A stretch of DNA of 52,655 nucleotides from an uncultured Flavobacterium sp. (GCA_964605595.1 CAZSDN010000004.1:7094-59748); one strand, 5' to 3'. Counted from the first letter of the stretch, positions 18,898 through 29,130 are shown. Numbers and translations: made by a program. Notes: a model not told the origin generated them from the sequence alone.

Positions 18898-19845
18898 GTG
18901 AAAGTGAAAAACTACACCGTCCGCCCATACGAATTCAAAGATTATAAAACGTGGAATGCTTTTATTGATAAGGCAAAAAACGCCACATTTCTTTTTCATC
19001 GCGATTTTATGGAATACCATAAAGACCGTTTTGATGACTTCTCGCTTTTAGTATTTGATACTGAAAAACTGGTTGCGCTGCTTCCGGCGAATAAAAAGGC
19101 GGATGTAATTTTTTCACACCAGGGATTGACTTATGGCGGATTGGTCTATGAAGCAGATTTGAGTATTGATGCAGTTAGCGATATTTTAGGAAGTATAACC
19201 GGCTATCTGAAAAATAATTCATTCAAAATTCTGGAAATAAAATCGTTGCCTTTTTTTTATCAGAAAACAATAAGTTTTGAATTGGATTTCCTGTTGGTCA
19301 AAAAAAATGCTTCGCTGACAAAAAAAGAAATGAACCTGGCTGTAGATTTTTCAGATTTCAAGATTTCCAAAAGCAAAATGAAACATTTCCGAAGAATCTC
19401 CGGACTTGGTATTGAATTAAGAAAAGAACAGTCATTCGGGCTTTTTTGGGATACGGTTCTTACGCCAAGATTAAACGAAAAGTACAATGCCAATCCGGTA
19501 CATAAAAAAGAAGAGATTGCTTATTTGTGTGAAAAATTCCCTCAGAATATATTTCAGTACAATGCTTATCTGGATAATGAATTGCTGGCCGGGATAACCG
19601 TTTTCATATGCGGCAAAGTTATTAAATCACAGTATGGGGCGACGACGGCAAAAGGTGAAAAAATCCGGGCGCTGGATTTTCTTTTCATAAATCTTATCGA
19701 AAGTTTTAAAGAGGACTTCTTATTTTTTGACATGGGAACCGTTGCTGAGAAGAATGAAAAAGGATATAATGAAGGCTTATTAAAGCAAAAACTCGAATTG
19801 GGCTGCAAAATTTATTCACAGGATTTTTATTTATTATCATTATGA
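18898..19845 (+). CDS. GNAT/FemAB-like N-acyltransferase of a glycan locus
   Basis: [57 protein letters not shown]. 315 aa, consistent with two GNAT folds. ATGA overlap with the aminotransferase gene. Confidence 0.8.
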   Translation: MKVKNYTVRPYEFKDYKTWNAFIDKAKNATFLFHRDFMEYHKDRFDDFSLLVFDTEKLVALLPANKKADVIFSHQGLTYGGLVYEADLSIDAVSDILGSITGYLKNNSFKILEIKSLPFFYQKTISFELDFLLVKKNASLTKKEMNLAVDFSDFKISKSKMKHFRRISGLGIELRKEQSFGLFWDTVLTPRLNEKYNANPVHKKEEIAYLCEKFPQNIFQYNAYLDNELLAGITVFICGKVIKSQYGATTAKGEKIRALDFLFINLIESFKEDFLFFDMGTVAEKNEKGYNEGLLKQKLELGCKIYSQDFYLLSL

Positions 19846-20942
19846 TCCGGTTTTTAGACTTAAAAAAAATAAACCAACCCTATGAAGCACAATTTCAGCA
19901 GAAACTCAAAAGTATGCTCGAAAAAGGCTGGTACATACTTGGTGGCGAAGTAAAAGCTTTTGAAGAAAATTTCGCGGCGTTTTGCGGAACTAATTATTGC
20001 GTAGGAACAGCAAACGGCCTGGATGCTCTGGTTTTGATTTTCAAAGCCTATATCCAGCTTGGGAAGTTACAAAAAGGCGATGAGGTAATTGTTCCGGCAA
20101 ACACATATATAGCAAGCATTCTGGCCATTTTGGATGCCGGTTTAGTGCCGGTTTTGGTCGAGCCAAAAATAACTGATTTTAATCTGGATGCGGATCTGAT
20201 TTCAGAAAGGATTTCTAAAAAAACAAAAGCAATCCTCGCGGTTCACCTTTACGGTCAGTTGGCCGATATGGAAAAAATCTGCAGAATAGCGAAAGCAAAT
20301 GAGCTTTTAGTGATTGAAGATTCGGCACAGGCTCATGGCGCATGCAACAATAAAAATGCCAAAGCAGGAAATCTTGGAGATGCCGCCGGTTTTAGCTTTT
20401 ATCCCGGAAAGAATTTAGGCGCATTAGGCGACGCTGGCGCCGTGACAACCAATGATGAAGCGCTGGCAAAAATGATTTTTTCACTCCGTAATTATGGATC
20501 TGAAATAAAATATTATAATGATTTTATAGGAGTAAATTCCCGTTTGGATGAAATCCAGGCCGCTTTCCTGAATTTAAAGCTTCCGAACCTGGAAAACGAA
20601 AATCTGAAAAGAAAAGAAATAGCCCGTTATTACCTTTCAGGAATCAAAAACCCGAAAATCTCTTTGCCTGCTTATAACGGAAGCATGAACCATGTTTTCC
20701 ATCTTTTTGTGATCCGTGCCGAAAACAGGGATGAATTACAGCGTTATTTATCCGAAAACGGGATCCATACAATGATTCATTATCCGGTTGCGCCGCATAA
20801 GCAAAAAGCGTTGAAGCCATTCAACGATTTATCATTTCCGATAACCGAAAAAATCCATAATGAAGTCCTGAGCCTTCCTATAAGCCCGGTGATGACTTTT
20901 GAAGAGGCAAGTTTCATAACAAAAATCCTTAACCAGTATTAA
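19842..20942 (+). CDS. fdtB: DegT/DnrJ/EryC1/StrS aminotransferase, FdtB/QdtB-like (dTDP-3-amino-3,6-dideoxyhexose)
   Basis: [53 protein letters not shown]. fdtA is nearby. Confidence 0.85.
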   Translation: MIRFLDLKKINQPYEAQFQQKLKSMLEKGWYILGGEVKAFEENFAAFCGTNYCVGTANGLDALVLIFKAYIQLGKLQKGDEVIVPANTYIASILAILDAGLVPVLVEPKITDFNLDADLISERISKKTKAILAVHLYGQLADMEKICRIAKANELLVIEDSAQAHGACNNKNAKAGNLGDAAGFSFYPGKNLGALGDAGAVTTNDEALAKMIFSLRNYGSEIKYYNDFIGVNSRLDEIQAAFLNLKLPNLENENLKRKEIARYYLSGIKNPKISLPAYNGSMNHVFHLFVIRAENRDELQRYLSENGIHTMIHYPVAPHKQKALKPFNDLSFPITEKIHNEVLSLPISPVMTFEEASFITKILNQY

Positions 20943-22217
20943 TTGAAAATTGCCAAAGACATACTGAAATCGCAACTGTTCAGGATTGGTTCATTGAACA
21001 GTGCCAGCGTAGTGATTAAAATCTGCATCGGGTTGATAACGTCAAAAATCATTGCGGTTTTTGTTGGGCCGGGCGGAATGGCATTGGTTGGGAACCTGCG
21101 GAATTTTATAGCGTCGGTTGAAACGGTTTCAACTTTGGGGCTGCAAAACGGAGTGGTAAAATATGTCGCCGAGAACGAAAAAAATGACGCTGAACTTCAC
21201 AAAATCCTTTCTACCGTTTTTATCGGTTTGGGTTGCGTTGCATTAATCCTTAGCGGGGTTTTATTTTTGTTTTCAGGTTTTTGGAGTGATGTTGTTTTTG
21301 GGTCAGAGTTTGAGTATGCTTTTGTTTTCAAAGCTTTAGCAATCGCCTTGCCCTGGTACGCCTGTTCTATAATCATGATTTCGGTTATCAATGGATTGAG
21401 CCGTTTCAGGCAGGTGATCTATATTACGATATGGGGAAATGTCATCGGGCTTGTGGTTTCGGCCGTATTGATCTGGAAACTGCAAACACTTGGTGCTTTA
21501 CTGTCGATTATAATTGCGCCGTCGCTTTTATTTTTTGTTGCCTGGTATTTCATTACAAAGGAATTCAGGTTTGCCAATTATGTTTCTTTTTCAGGATTTT
21601 CTTCGGATGTGCTAAAAAATATGGGTTCTTATGCGCTTATGGCTTTTGTGTCATCTGTGATCTTGCCATTGGTTTTTTTGTCAATACGGAACAATGTCAT
21701 TGAAAAAATAGGAGCAGAGCAGGCCGGTTTTTGGGAGGCGATTTCGAGAATTTCATTATATTATATGATGTTTGTGAGTACGATCCTCGTGGTTTATTTC
21801 CTTCCCAAGCTTGTCCAGGCAAAAAGCGATCTGGAAACGAAAGGCATTTTTTACAGTTATTATAAAAGTATCATCCCGGTTTTTATTGCAGCTTTGGTGG
21901 TATTGTTTTTTGTAAGGGATTTTGTCATACAAATATTATTTACCAGCGAATTTTCCCCGGTTAGCGGTTTGTTTTTATGGCAGCTTTTGGGTGACGTTTT
22001 AAAAGCACTGTCATTAATTTTGGGCTATAATCTTATAGCGAAGAAAAAAACAGGATTTTTTATCTTTTCAGAAATCGCATCCATGTCGGTAATGTTTTTT
22101 GCCAGTTCTTATTTTATTCTTGATTATGGAATTGAAGGTGTTGTGATGGCGCATTTTGTGACTTACTTGGTTTATTTACTCATTTTGGCGATATACTTAA
22201 GGAAAAGCCTTTTTTAA
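20943..22217 (+). CDS. wzx: O-antigen/oligosaccharide flippase (WzxE-like)
   Basis: About 12 hydrophobic segments; KIIAVFVGPGGMALVG, GVVKYVAE, AGFWEA, WQLLGDVLK. TTG start directly after the fdtB stop. Confidence 0.9.
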   Translation: MKIAKDILKSQLFRIGSLNSASVVIKICIGLITSKIIAVFVGPGGMALVGNLRNFIASVETVSTLGLQNGVVKYVAENEKNDAELHKILSTVFIGLGCVALILSGVLFLFSGFWSDVVFGSEFEYAFVFKALAIALPWYACSIIMISVINGLSRFRQVIYITIWGNVIGLVVSAVLIWKLQTLGALLSIIIAPSLLFFVAWYFITKEFRFANYVSFSGFSSDVLKNMGSYALMAFVSSVILPLVFLSIRNNVIEKIGAEQAGFWEAISRISLYYMMFVSTILVVYFLPKLVQAKSDLETKGIFYSYYKSIIPVFIAALVVLFFVRDFVIQILFTSEFSPVSGLFLWQLLGDVLKALSLILGYNLIAKKKTGFFIFSEIASMSVMFFASSYFILDYGIEGVVMAHFVTYLVYLLILAIYLRKSLF

Positions 22218-22246
22218 TTTGAAGGTTTTCTCTCAAAGGAACAAAA

Positions 22247-23395
22247 TTAAGCAGTAACAGGTGTTTCCCACGTCATTAAATATTTCTCTGCAATGCTGAT
22301 ATAATGATGCTCTTTTTCTATAAATGCCCGTGCCCGCAATCCGATTCGTGAAATTTCTTCAGGGTTTTCAATCAGGAATGAAAGCTCGGATACAATCGAG
22401 CCAACATCCGGTAAAGCGTTTATTGCTACCCGCTCTGTCAGGTTATAATGCTCATAAAATTCTTTTTCAGCACCTGTAAACACAACTTTTCCTTTAGCCA
22501 TTGCTTCCAGTGCATTGTAGCCCTGATCGTACCCAAAAACCTGATCCAGCAATATATGGCATTGATTATAAGAATCTATATATTGATTGTACGGAAGATT
22601 TCGGGCTATTACAATATCAACTTTATCAATATATTTCTCTTTGATTGCTTCCAATGCCTTTTCAAAATACCAAATGCCTTTCTGGGCTGAATTCCATTGA
22701 TTGATGCCTAAAAAAATGACAATTTTATCAGATGGAAGATTGGTGACATTTTCAAATTTTGAGATATTTACAGGATTTGGAATCAAACCTGCAAATTTCG
22801 GATCGTTTCTAAGCGGTAAAACATAATCGATATCGGAAGCGATGATGGCATTGCAATTCTTATAAACAAAATCATGGACCTTCTTGTGCCCTTTTTTCAG
22901 GTAAGCGAAAATATAGCGGTATTCCTTTTTAAGCGCCGGATTGTCAAAATAAGGATTTAATATTGAATACCGAAGTTTTTTATCCAAAGCAAATTTCACA
23001 CTCAAATAATCTGCCCCGCACGAAAGAAGGTAAAATTTTTTATTTTGTTTTTTTAATTTTCCGAGAAGGTATAATTCTAAGCCCGGAACTGTTTTAATAG
23101 GCGCTTCATTAATGAGCTGCACCACGTCAAAGCCTTTAAATTTTGGTAATAAAAAATAAAACCGGATGCCGCTTTCAAGCCGTGCAAAGTCATAACTAAA
23201 TATTCTGTAAATAATCTGGCGGGCACTATTTATAATTCCGTATTGGCTCCATTTTGATTCAATTGAATAATCAACAGGGAATTTTTTAAATCCGTCACCG
23301 TTTCCCACAATTACAACATCATGCCCTAATTGCAAAAGCCCGTCTTTTAAAGAATTATGCAAATGGCTGTATTCCCCAACTAATAAAATTCGCAT
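22247..23395 (-). CDS. Glycosyltransferase (GT-B, GT4-like)
   Basis: MRILLVGEYSHLH, IPNPV, LLDQVFGYDQGYNALEAMAKGKVV. Confidence 0.88.
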   Translation of the reverse strand: MRILLVGEYSHLHNSLKDGLLQLGHDVVIVGNGDGFKKFPVDYSIESKWSQYGIINSARQIIYRIFSYDFARLESGIRFYFLLPKFKGFDVVQLINEAPIKTVPGLELYLLGKLKKQNKKFYLLSCGADYLSVKFALDKKLRYSILNPYFDNPALKKEYRYIFAYLKKGHKKVHDFVYKNCNAIIASDIDYVLPLRNDPKFAGLIPNPVNISKFENVTNLPSDKIVIFLGINQWNSAQKGIWYFEKALEAIKEKYIDKVDIVIARNLPYNQYIDSYNQCHILLDQVFGYDQGYNALEAMAKGKVVFTGAEKEFYEHYNLTERVAINALPDVGSIVSELSFLIENPEEISRIGLRARAFIEKEHHYISIAEKYLMTWETPVTA

Positions 23396-23402
23396 GAATG
23401 TT

Positions 23403-23421
23403 TATATTTGTTACGAAAATA
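23403..23421. promoter_or_regulatory. Overlapping divergent -7 boxes between two glycosyltransferase genes
   Basis: TATATTTG on + (23403-23410) and TATTTTCG on - (23421-23414) within a 36-bp gap. Confidence 0.5.
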
Positions 23422-23431
23422 GTAATCAATA

Positions 23432-24529
23432 ATGATAAACCAAAGCCGGAAGTACAAAATTGCATTAGTAGGCGATTCGCTTGCCGGTGGCGGAGCTGAG
23501 AAAGCCCATGCACAATTATCGGTTTTTTTTGCAGAAAACGGTATCGAGGTTTGCAATTGCATTTTTTTAGATTGGGTAGCTTATGAGCATGCGGGAAGCA
23601 TTATGAACCTCGGGAAGATAAATCCGGGCGGCTTTTTCATTTCCCGAAAGATCAAACGCTTTTTGCATTTCAGAAAATTTGTAAAGCAAAATAATTTTGA
23701 TTGTATAATTGACTTCCGGATGCGTACCGGATTTATACAGGAATTGCTGATCGCCAAACTCGTTTATGACGAACGAAGCGTTTATTCCGTCAGAAGCGGC
23801 ATCTTGAAATTTTATTTTCCCGAAAATCCGGTTTTATCGCGGCTGATCTATAAGGATAAAAAAATAAATACCGTTTCCAGGGCCGTTGCTGAAAGCGTTT
23901 TAACAAAAAAACTGGCAAGCAATGCCCATTGTATTTACAACCCGGTCGATTTTAAAAGGATCGACGCACAAAAAAAGGCATTTGCCATTGACGATTCTGA
24001 TTTCATTCTTGCCGTTGGGCGTATGAACGACGAGGTGAAGCAATTTGATAAACTGATTGAATCGTATGCGAAATCAGTTCTTCCAAAAAAAGGGATTGGC
24101 TTAAAGATTTTAGGCGAAGGAAAAAATAAAGCGGCATATGAAGCCTTATCAGGAAAATTAGGAGTTAAGCATTTAATTGAATTTCATGGTTTTTCCGTTA
24201 ATCCGTTTCCCTATTATACAAACGCTTTGTTCACGGTCTTATGCAGCAAGAACGAAGGTTTTCCGAATGTTTTGGTAGAATCGCTTGCATGCGCAACACC
24301 AGTTGTTTCGTTTAATTGCTTTTCAGGCCCGAATGAAATTATTATTGATAAAGAGAACGGAATTTTAGTAGAAAACCAGAATTTCGCCGAACTAACGGAA
24401 GCAATTGATTTAATGACCGAAAATAAGGAACTTTATAATTCCTGCAAACAGAATGCGCGCCAGAGCGTTCAAAGGTTTTCACTCGAAAATATTGGAAAGC
24501 AATGGCTCGATTATTTAAAAATTACGTAA
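23432..24529 (+). CDS. Glycosyltransferase family 4 (PglJ/PglH-like)
   Basis: SLAGGGAEK, IYNPVD, AVGRM, NEGFPNVLVESLACATPVVS, GPNEII. Confidence 0.92.
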   Translation: MINQSRKYKIALVGDSLAGGGAEKAHAQLSVFFAENGIEVCNCIFLDWVAYEHAGSIMNLGKINPGGFFISRKIKRFLHFRKFVKQNNFDCIIDFRMRTGFIQELLIAKLVYDERSVYSVRSGILKFYFPENPVLSRLIYKDKKINTVSRAVAESVLTKKLASNAHCIYNPVDFKRIDAQKKAFAIDDSDFILAVGRMNDEVKQFDKLIESYAKSVLPKKGIGLKILGEGKNKAAYEALSGKLGVKHLIEFHGFSVNPFPYYTNALFTVLCSKNEGFPNVLVESLACATPVVSFNCFSGPNEIIIDKENGILVENQNFAELTEAIDLMTENKELYNSCKQNARQSVQRFSLENIGKQWLDYLKIT

Positions 24530-24538
24530 GTTAGCCCT

Positions 24539-24937
24539 ATGAATATTGAAATAGTGCAATTGCCTAAAATTGAAGATTACAGGGGAAATATCGCTGTAAT
24601 TGAAAAAGGAACTTTCCCGTTTCCGATAAAACGTGTATATTATTTATTTGATGTTCCTAGTACGTCACGACGTGGAGGACACGCACACAAAGAGCAATGC
24701 GAACTGCTTATTCCAATATCCGGAAGTTTTGACGTGATTGTAAATGATGGAAAAAATACAAAAACAATCACACTTAACAAACCTGACAAAGGCCTGTTGA
24801 TTAAATCAAATATATGGAGGGAATTGGAGAATTTCTCTTCGGGTTCGGTTTGTTTGGTAGTTTCTTCGGGTGAATTTTCAGAGGACGATTACATTCGTGA
24901 GTTTGATGACTATCTGGAATATTTAAAAACTAGCTAA
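24539..24937 (+). CDS. fdtA: dTDP-6-deoxy-3,4-keto-hexulose isomerase (FdtA/QdtA, WxcM-like cupin)
   Basis: DYRGNIAVIE, FPIKRVYYLFDVP, RGGHAHK, WRELENFSSGSVCLV, EDDYIR. Confidence 0.9.
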   Translation: MNIEIVQLPKIEDYRGNIAVIEKGTFPFPIKRVYYLFDVPSTSRRGGHAHKEQCELLIPISGSFDVIVNDGKNTKTITLNKPDKGLLIKSNIWRELENFSSGSVCLVVSSGEFSEDDYIREFDDYLEYLKTS

Positions 24938-25859
24938 AACTTGTAAACCGGACTCCTTTTTTGATCAGCAATGTTTTAAAACGTTTGATGCTCCTGTCGA
25001 CAGCTGCGGGTAAATTCAACAAAAAAAGCTGGCTTTTATTCAGGTTCCTGCGATTGATTCCGTTTTTCATTTTATTGAAATTTACGCTTTCATTTTCACA
25101 TTTATACTGCCTCGCCATAATGTAGCGGTTTACATCGAGGTATTTTTTCAGCGAATTGTTTTCTGACGGCTCATAGGAATCAAAATCGGTAATTGTCTTA
25201 TTCTTCAGCCCGGAAAGCGTGATCTGCTGTTCAGAGAAAATCCTATAAATAACCAAGGTTTCAATAGAATAAGCCAGTTTGTATGCACTGTTGGCACGAA
25301 TGTTAAAATCTACATCTTCCCCAAAAGTGATGTTTTCATTAAAATAGCCAATTGTTTCAAATACTGGTTTGGCTACGCACAAACTGCAAGAGCAATAAAT
25401 AGGCTGAGCCAGGCTGCTTTCAAAGAAATCTGTAATAATCCCGTCTGAAATAAGAGCCACATTATTATTGGTGGCCACCACAACATCATCAGGATAAAGT
25501 TCTTCATAATTTGTGGCAAACAAATTTGCTTCCGGAAATTGTTGGATAAGTGAATGGATTTTCTGGAGGTAATCGGTTTTCCATAAATCATCTGCATCCA
25601 GAAAAGCAATGTAATCTGCCGATGCGTTTTGTATTCCCGTGTTTCGTGATGCCGAAAGGCCGCGGTTTTTTTGATGTTCAATAATCCGCACTTTTTCCGA
25701 TTCGAATCGTCTTGCAATTGAAAGACTTTCATCGGTAGAAACATCATCAACAATGATAATTTCATAATCACTGAAAGTCTGTTTGAAAATACTCTCCAAC
25801 GTATTTTCAATAAATTGTCCCTTATTAAAAAGCGGTATAACTATTGAAAAAAAAGGCAT
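24930..25859 (-). CDS. Glycosyltransferase family 2
   Basis: FSIVIPLFNK, IIVDDVSTD, GLSASRNTG, IAFLDADD, GEDVDF. Confidence 0.93.
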   Translation of the reverse strand: MPFFSIVIPLFNKGQFIENTLESIFKQTFSDYEIIIVDDVSTDESLSIARRFESEKVRIIEHQKNRGLSASRNTGIQNASADYIAFLDADDLWKTDYLQKIHSLIQQFPEANLFATNYEELYPDDVVVATNNNVALISDGIITDFFESSLAQPIYCSCSLCVAKPVFETIGYFNENITFGEDVDFNIRANSAYKLAYSIETLVIYRIFSEQQITLSGLKNKTITDFDSYEPSENNSLKKYLDVNRYIMARQYKCENESVNFNKMKNGINRRNLNKSQLFLLNLPAAVDRSIKRFKTLLIKKGVRFTSFS

Positions 25860-26720
25860 TTATGGTATAAGGTTTAATTTTTGCAATTGTGTAACATCGA
25901 GAAATTTTTCGGTAGCGAAAGGATGGTTAAGTGTTAAAGCAACATCTATTTCAGGAAGCTCATCGTCAGCAATCCCATTTCGCACGAAAAATAAATTATT
26001 CCCATATTCGTTTGAGCCGATAAGCCTGTATCCCTTTTTCTTTGCCAGATTATTCAAAGCCAGATTGGAAGCGCCGCACTGATAATTATTTCCGGGATTA
26101 TCTGTAAATGATTCTATATATTGTGCAACAATATCATGGTGCCCGAATGCCACCTGGCTTTCAATTATAACCACTTTTGGACGGATTGATTCAAGCGTTT
26201 CCCATATCCAGTAATCGTTTCCGTCAATGTCAATCGATAAAAGGTCTATCTCGCCAGTAAAACGATGTTCTTCCAACAATGGATTAATATTGTTTTTTGT
26301 AATGAACGAATGCAGAAAAACAGGTTTATACGACCAAAAATCAGGATATTTCTTGTAAAAGCTGCGGCCTCTTTTGATAACGGTTTCATCTCCATCAACA
26401 AAAAGCCCTTTCCATCCAAAATTAATTGCCAGATTGGCGCAGTTGCTGTTTATGCCATCATGCGAACCTAAATCGACAAACGTTTTGGTTCCCATTCCGA
26501 TTAATGAAAAAATGTAAAGCAGCTTTCCGTCTTCTTCAAATTGTGAAAAAACCTTAAACCCGGTTTCATTAAAATCAGGCAGGGTTTTGTTGCGTTGGCA
26601 ATCGCGGTAGTAATGAAATAATTGCACCTGCTGGATCTGTACCGAAGGAGAAAATCGGCTTCCAACCTTCAAAATGTAAAAATGCTTTTTCAGGAAATTT
26701 TTTACAGATGTAAGCAACAT
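25860..26720 (-). CDS. FkbM-like SAM-dependent methyltransferase
   Basis: FSQFEEDG, FVDLGSHDG, WKGLFVDG, IDLLSIDIDGNDYWIW, PKVVIIE. Confidence 0.75.
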   Translation of the reverse strand: MLLTSVKNFLKKHFYILKVGSRFSPSVQIQQVQLFHYYRDCQRNKTLPDFNETGFKVFSQFEEDGKLLYIFSLIGMGTKTFVDLGSHDGINSNCANLAINFGWKGLFVDGDETVIKRGRSFYKKYPDFWSYKPVFLHSFITKNNINPLLEEHRFTGEIDLLSIDIDGNDYWIWETLESIRPKVVIIESQVAFGHHDIVAQYIESFTDNPGNNYQCGASNLALNNLAKKKGYRLIGSNEYGNNLFFVRNGIADDELPEIDVALTLNHPFATEKFLDVTQLQKLNLIP

Positions 26721-26736
26721 TATCTTTTGTTTTGTC

Positions 26737-26744
26737 CAAATGTA
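26737..26744 (-). promoter_or_regulatory. -7 promoter box for the methyltransferase-GT2 unit
   Basis: TACATTTG on the minus strand, 16 nt upstream of ATG 26720. Confidence 0.55.
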
Positions 26745-27078
26745 CTCAAATTTTATATTTTATTAGCGTTGTCCTGAAATAGTGAGTAAAACAATTGCTA
26801 TCCGAATAATTTAGGATAAAAGGCGGTTTTTCCATAAAATTGTGTGTTAGAGAAATAGTATCTTTCCTTCAGGGAAGGGAAGCATTGTTCCCTTATGAAA
26901 TAATTTTATTTTGCCGATGCGGTAATTCCACATATTTTGTTAACACTTATAAGTATTGTATTGGATTTATGTCATTTTACACTAATTCAGGACATTGCGA
27001 TCTTATTAAACCATTTGATTGGGATTTGACCGAGATTGCTTTCCGGCTGTAGTTCGAGAGAAATTTTGCCGATGGTTC

Positions 27079-27095
27079 CAAATGTATTACTTTTG
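27079..27095. promoter_or_regulatory. Back-to-back -7 boxes (bidirectional promoter)
   Basis: CAAATGTA-T-TACTTTTG: TACATTTG on - (27086-27079) and TACTTTTG on + (27088-27095), the latter 12 nt before ATG 27108. Confidence 0.55.
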
Positions 27096-27107
27096 AAAGG
27101 ATACGTT

Positions 27108-28214
27108 ATGCAAAACAAGCCGCTTCACATCATTAGTTTTGACAATCCTTTTCCGCCTGATTATGGCGGTGTGATTGATGTTTTTTTTAAGATAAAGGCT
27201 CTGCATAAGCTAGGGCACGATATTTACCTGCATTGTTTTGTTGGTGATGAGGAGCGGGTATTGCCCGAACTGGAATCAGTAACCAGCAGAATATGGTTTT
27301 ATAAGAAAAACAGAAATCCGTTATTTATGTTTTCAGTGATTCCTTTTGCTGTAAAGTCGCGATTCCATAAGGACTTAATTTCCAATTTAAAAAGTATTGA
27401 TGCGCCTATTTTATTCGAAGGACTGCAAACAACCATGTTGCTCAATAAAATAGATTTAGATACAAAGAAAATTTTTCTTAGGCTCCATAACCTCGAATCC
27501 GATTATTTCAGAGGAACGGCAAAAAGTGAAAGAAACCCGTTCAGGAAACTATTATATCAGTCAGAGGCTTTTAAGTATAAAAAATATGAAAAGATAATCT
27601 CTCGTTTCAAAACCGTTTTTACACTCTCTGTTCATGAGCATGAATGGGTAAATGCTTTTTCGGGGAATTCAGTTTATGTTCCGGTTTTTCACGGGAACGT
27701 ACTAGAAGAAAATCTGTCGGACTTTGGGCATTTTTCGCTGTATCACGGAGATTTGCGTCTTGCGGATAATAAAAAAGCGGCGGGATTCCTGATTGATGTG
27801 TTTAAAAAGATGGGGTCAAAACTTATAATTGCTTCGGGTAAAGGTGAATATTTTATCAACAGCCGTATTAAAGGCGCTTCAAACATTGAGTTTGTAAAGG
27901 TCAAGAATCAGGCAGAATTGGACAATCTGTTGCAAAAGGCGCATATAAATGTGTTGGTTTCATTCCAGCAATCCGGAACAAAACTAAAATTGGTTAACTC
28001 ACTTTTTAAAAGCAGGTTTTGCCTTATAAATAAAAATATGGTAGATGACCCAAAGATTATGGGCTTATGTGCAAGCGCTGATACTGAAGCGGATTTTATT
28101 GATAAGATTACGCTTTTAACCCAAATGCCATATCATCCCGGAAACCGGGGAACAATATTGGGTGAAGTTCTGGATGATAATAAAAATGCAGAACGAATTT
28201 CGGGATTGCTGTAG
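27108..28214 (+). CDS. Putative glycosyltransferase (GT-B)
   Basis: LHIISFDNPFPPDYGGVIDVFFKIKAL, ILFEGL, RLHNLESDY, YHGDL, GTKLKLVNSL. Start set at MQNKPLH, just downstream of the -7 box. Confidence 0.8.
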   Translation: MQNKPLHIISFDNPFPPDYGGVIDVFFKIKALHKLGHDIYLHCFVGDEERVLPELESVTSRIWFYKKNRNPLFMFSVIPFAVKSRFHKDLISNLKSIDAPILFEGLQTTMLLNKIDLDTKKIFLRLHNLESDYFRGTAKSERNPFRKLLYQSEAFKYKKYEKIISRFKTVFTLSVHEHEWVNAFSGNSVYVPVFHGNVLEENLSDFGHFSLYHGDLRLADNKKAAGFLIDVFKKMGSKLIIASGKGEYFINSRIKGASNIEFVKVKNQAELDNLLQKAHINVLVSFQQSGTKLKLVNSLFKSRFCLINKNMVDDPKIMGLCASADTEADFIDKITLLTQMPYHPGNRGTILGEVLDDNKNAERISGLL

Positions 28215-28215
28215 C

Positions 28216-28899
28216 TTAAACTGTTTTCTGAACCACTTCAAAAATTGTCCCGCCTTCGCATTTCAGCGTTTTTGATGGGAATTTCAGTAATAGCGCATAA
28301 TCGTGTGTAGCCATGATTACGGTTTTTCCGTTTTCATTTATTTTTCGCAATACGCCTAAAACTTCAACACTTGTTTGAGGATCAAGGTTTCCCGTTGGCT
28401 CGTCGGCAAGAATCAGTTCAGGATCGTTTAAAAGCGCGCGCGCAATCGCAACTCTTTGCTGTTCGCCGCCGGATAACTGATGTGGCATTTTTCTTGCAAA
28501 TGCACGCATATCAACTTTATCAAGTACTTCGTCAATCTTGTTTTGCATTTCGGATGTGTCTTTCCACCCGGTCGCTCTGAGGACAAAAAGCATGTTTTCA
28601 TTAACGTCACGGTCGGGCAGGAGCTTGAAATCCTGGAATACGATACCGATTTTCCGCCTTAGGAACGGAATGTTTTTTTCCTTTAATGTTGCCAGGTCAA
28701 AATCGACAATGCTTGCCTGTCCTTCTTCCAACGGCAAATCTGCATAAAGCGTTTTCATGAAACTGCTCTTTCCTGATCCGGTTTTTCCGATAATATACAG
28801 GAATTCACCATGTTTTACTTCGAGGTTCACATCTGAAAGGATCGTTCTGTTTTCCTGATAAATAGTAACATTTTTAAGTGACAGTACCGTTTGCGACAT
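28216..28899 (-). CDS. ftsE: FtsE-like ABC ATP-binding protein
   Basis: [54 protein letters not shown]. No permease gene adjacent. Confidence 0.85.
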   Translation of the reverse strand: MSQTVLSLKNVTIYQENRTILSDVNLEVKHGEFLYIIGKTGSGKSSFMKTLYADLPLEEGQASIVDFDLATLKEKNIPFLRRKIGIVFQDFKLLPDRDVNENMLFVLRATGWKDTSEMQNKIDEVLDKVDMRAFARKMPHQLSGGEQQRVAIARALLNDPELILADEPTGNLDPQTSVEVLGVLRKINENGKTVIMATHDYALLLKFPSKTLKCEGGTIFEVVQKTV

Positions 28900-29130
28900 A
28901 ATGGTTTTGTTTTTTGTAAAAGTAAGAAGATAAGGTTGGCAAACAAAATAAATTCATTTCAATTTACTGTCAACACAAGTATAGCCTAGGAATTAATTAA
29001 ATGGAGACCTTCAAAATTGATCTGTTGGCTCATAAACATCAAATTCCCAATATTTTGTTATTTTCACAATTTGTTCATAAATGCCGATACTAAATCACTT
29101 TTGGAGCTCGTTATACGATAAGGAATTTGA

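Noticed and set aside
19862..25854. A8 tracts near the 5' ends of fdtB and GT2 as phase-variation switches
   Set aside because: Runs of 8 are common in this AT-rich sequence and also occur in essential gyrB; both frames are intact.
26840..27052. 70-aa + strand ORF in the glycan-locus spacer
   Set aside because: TTG start, no recognisable motif and atypical composition; kept only as part of the unexplained-spacer finding.
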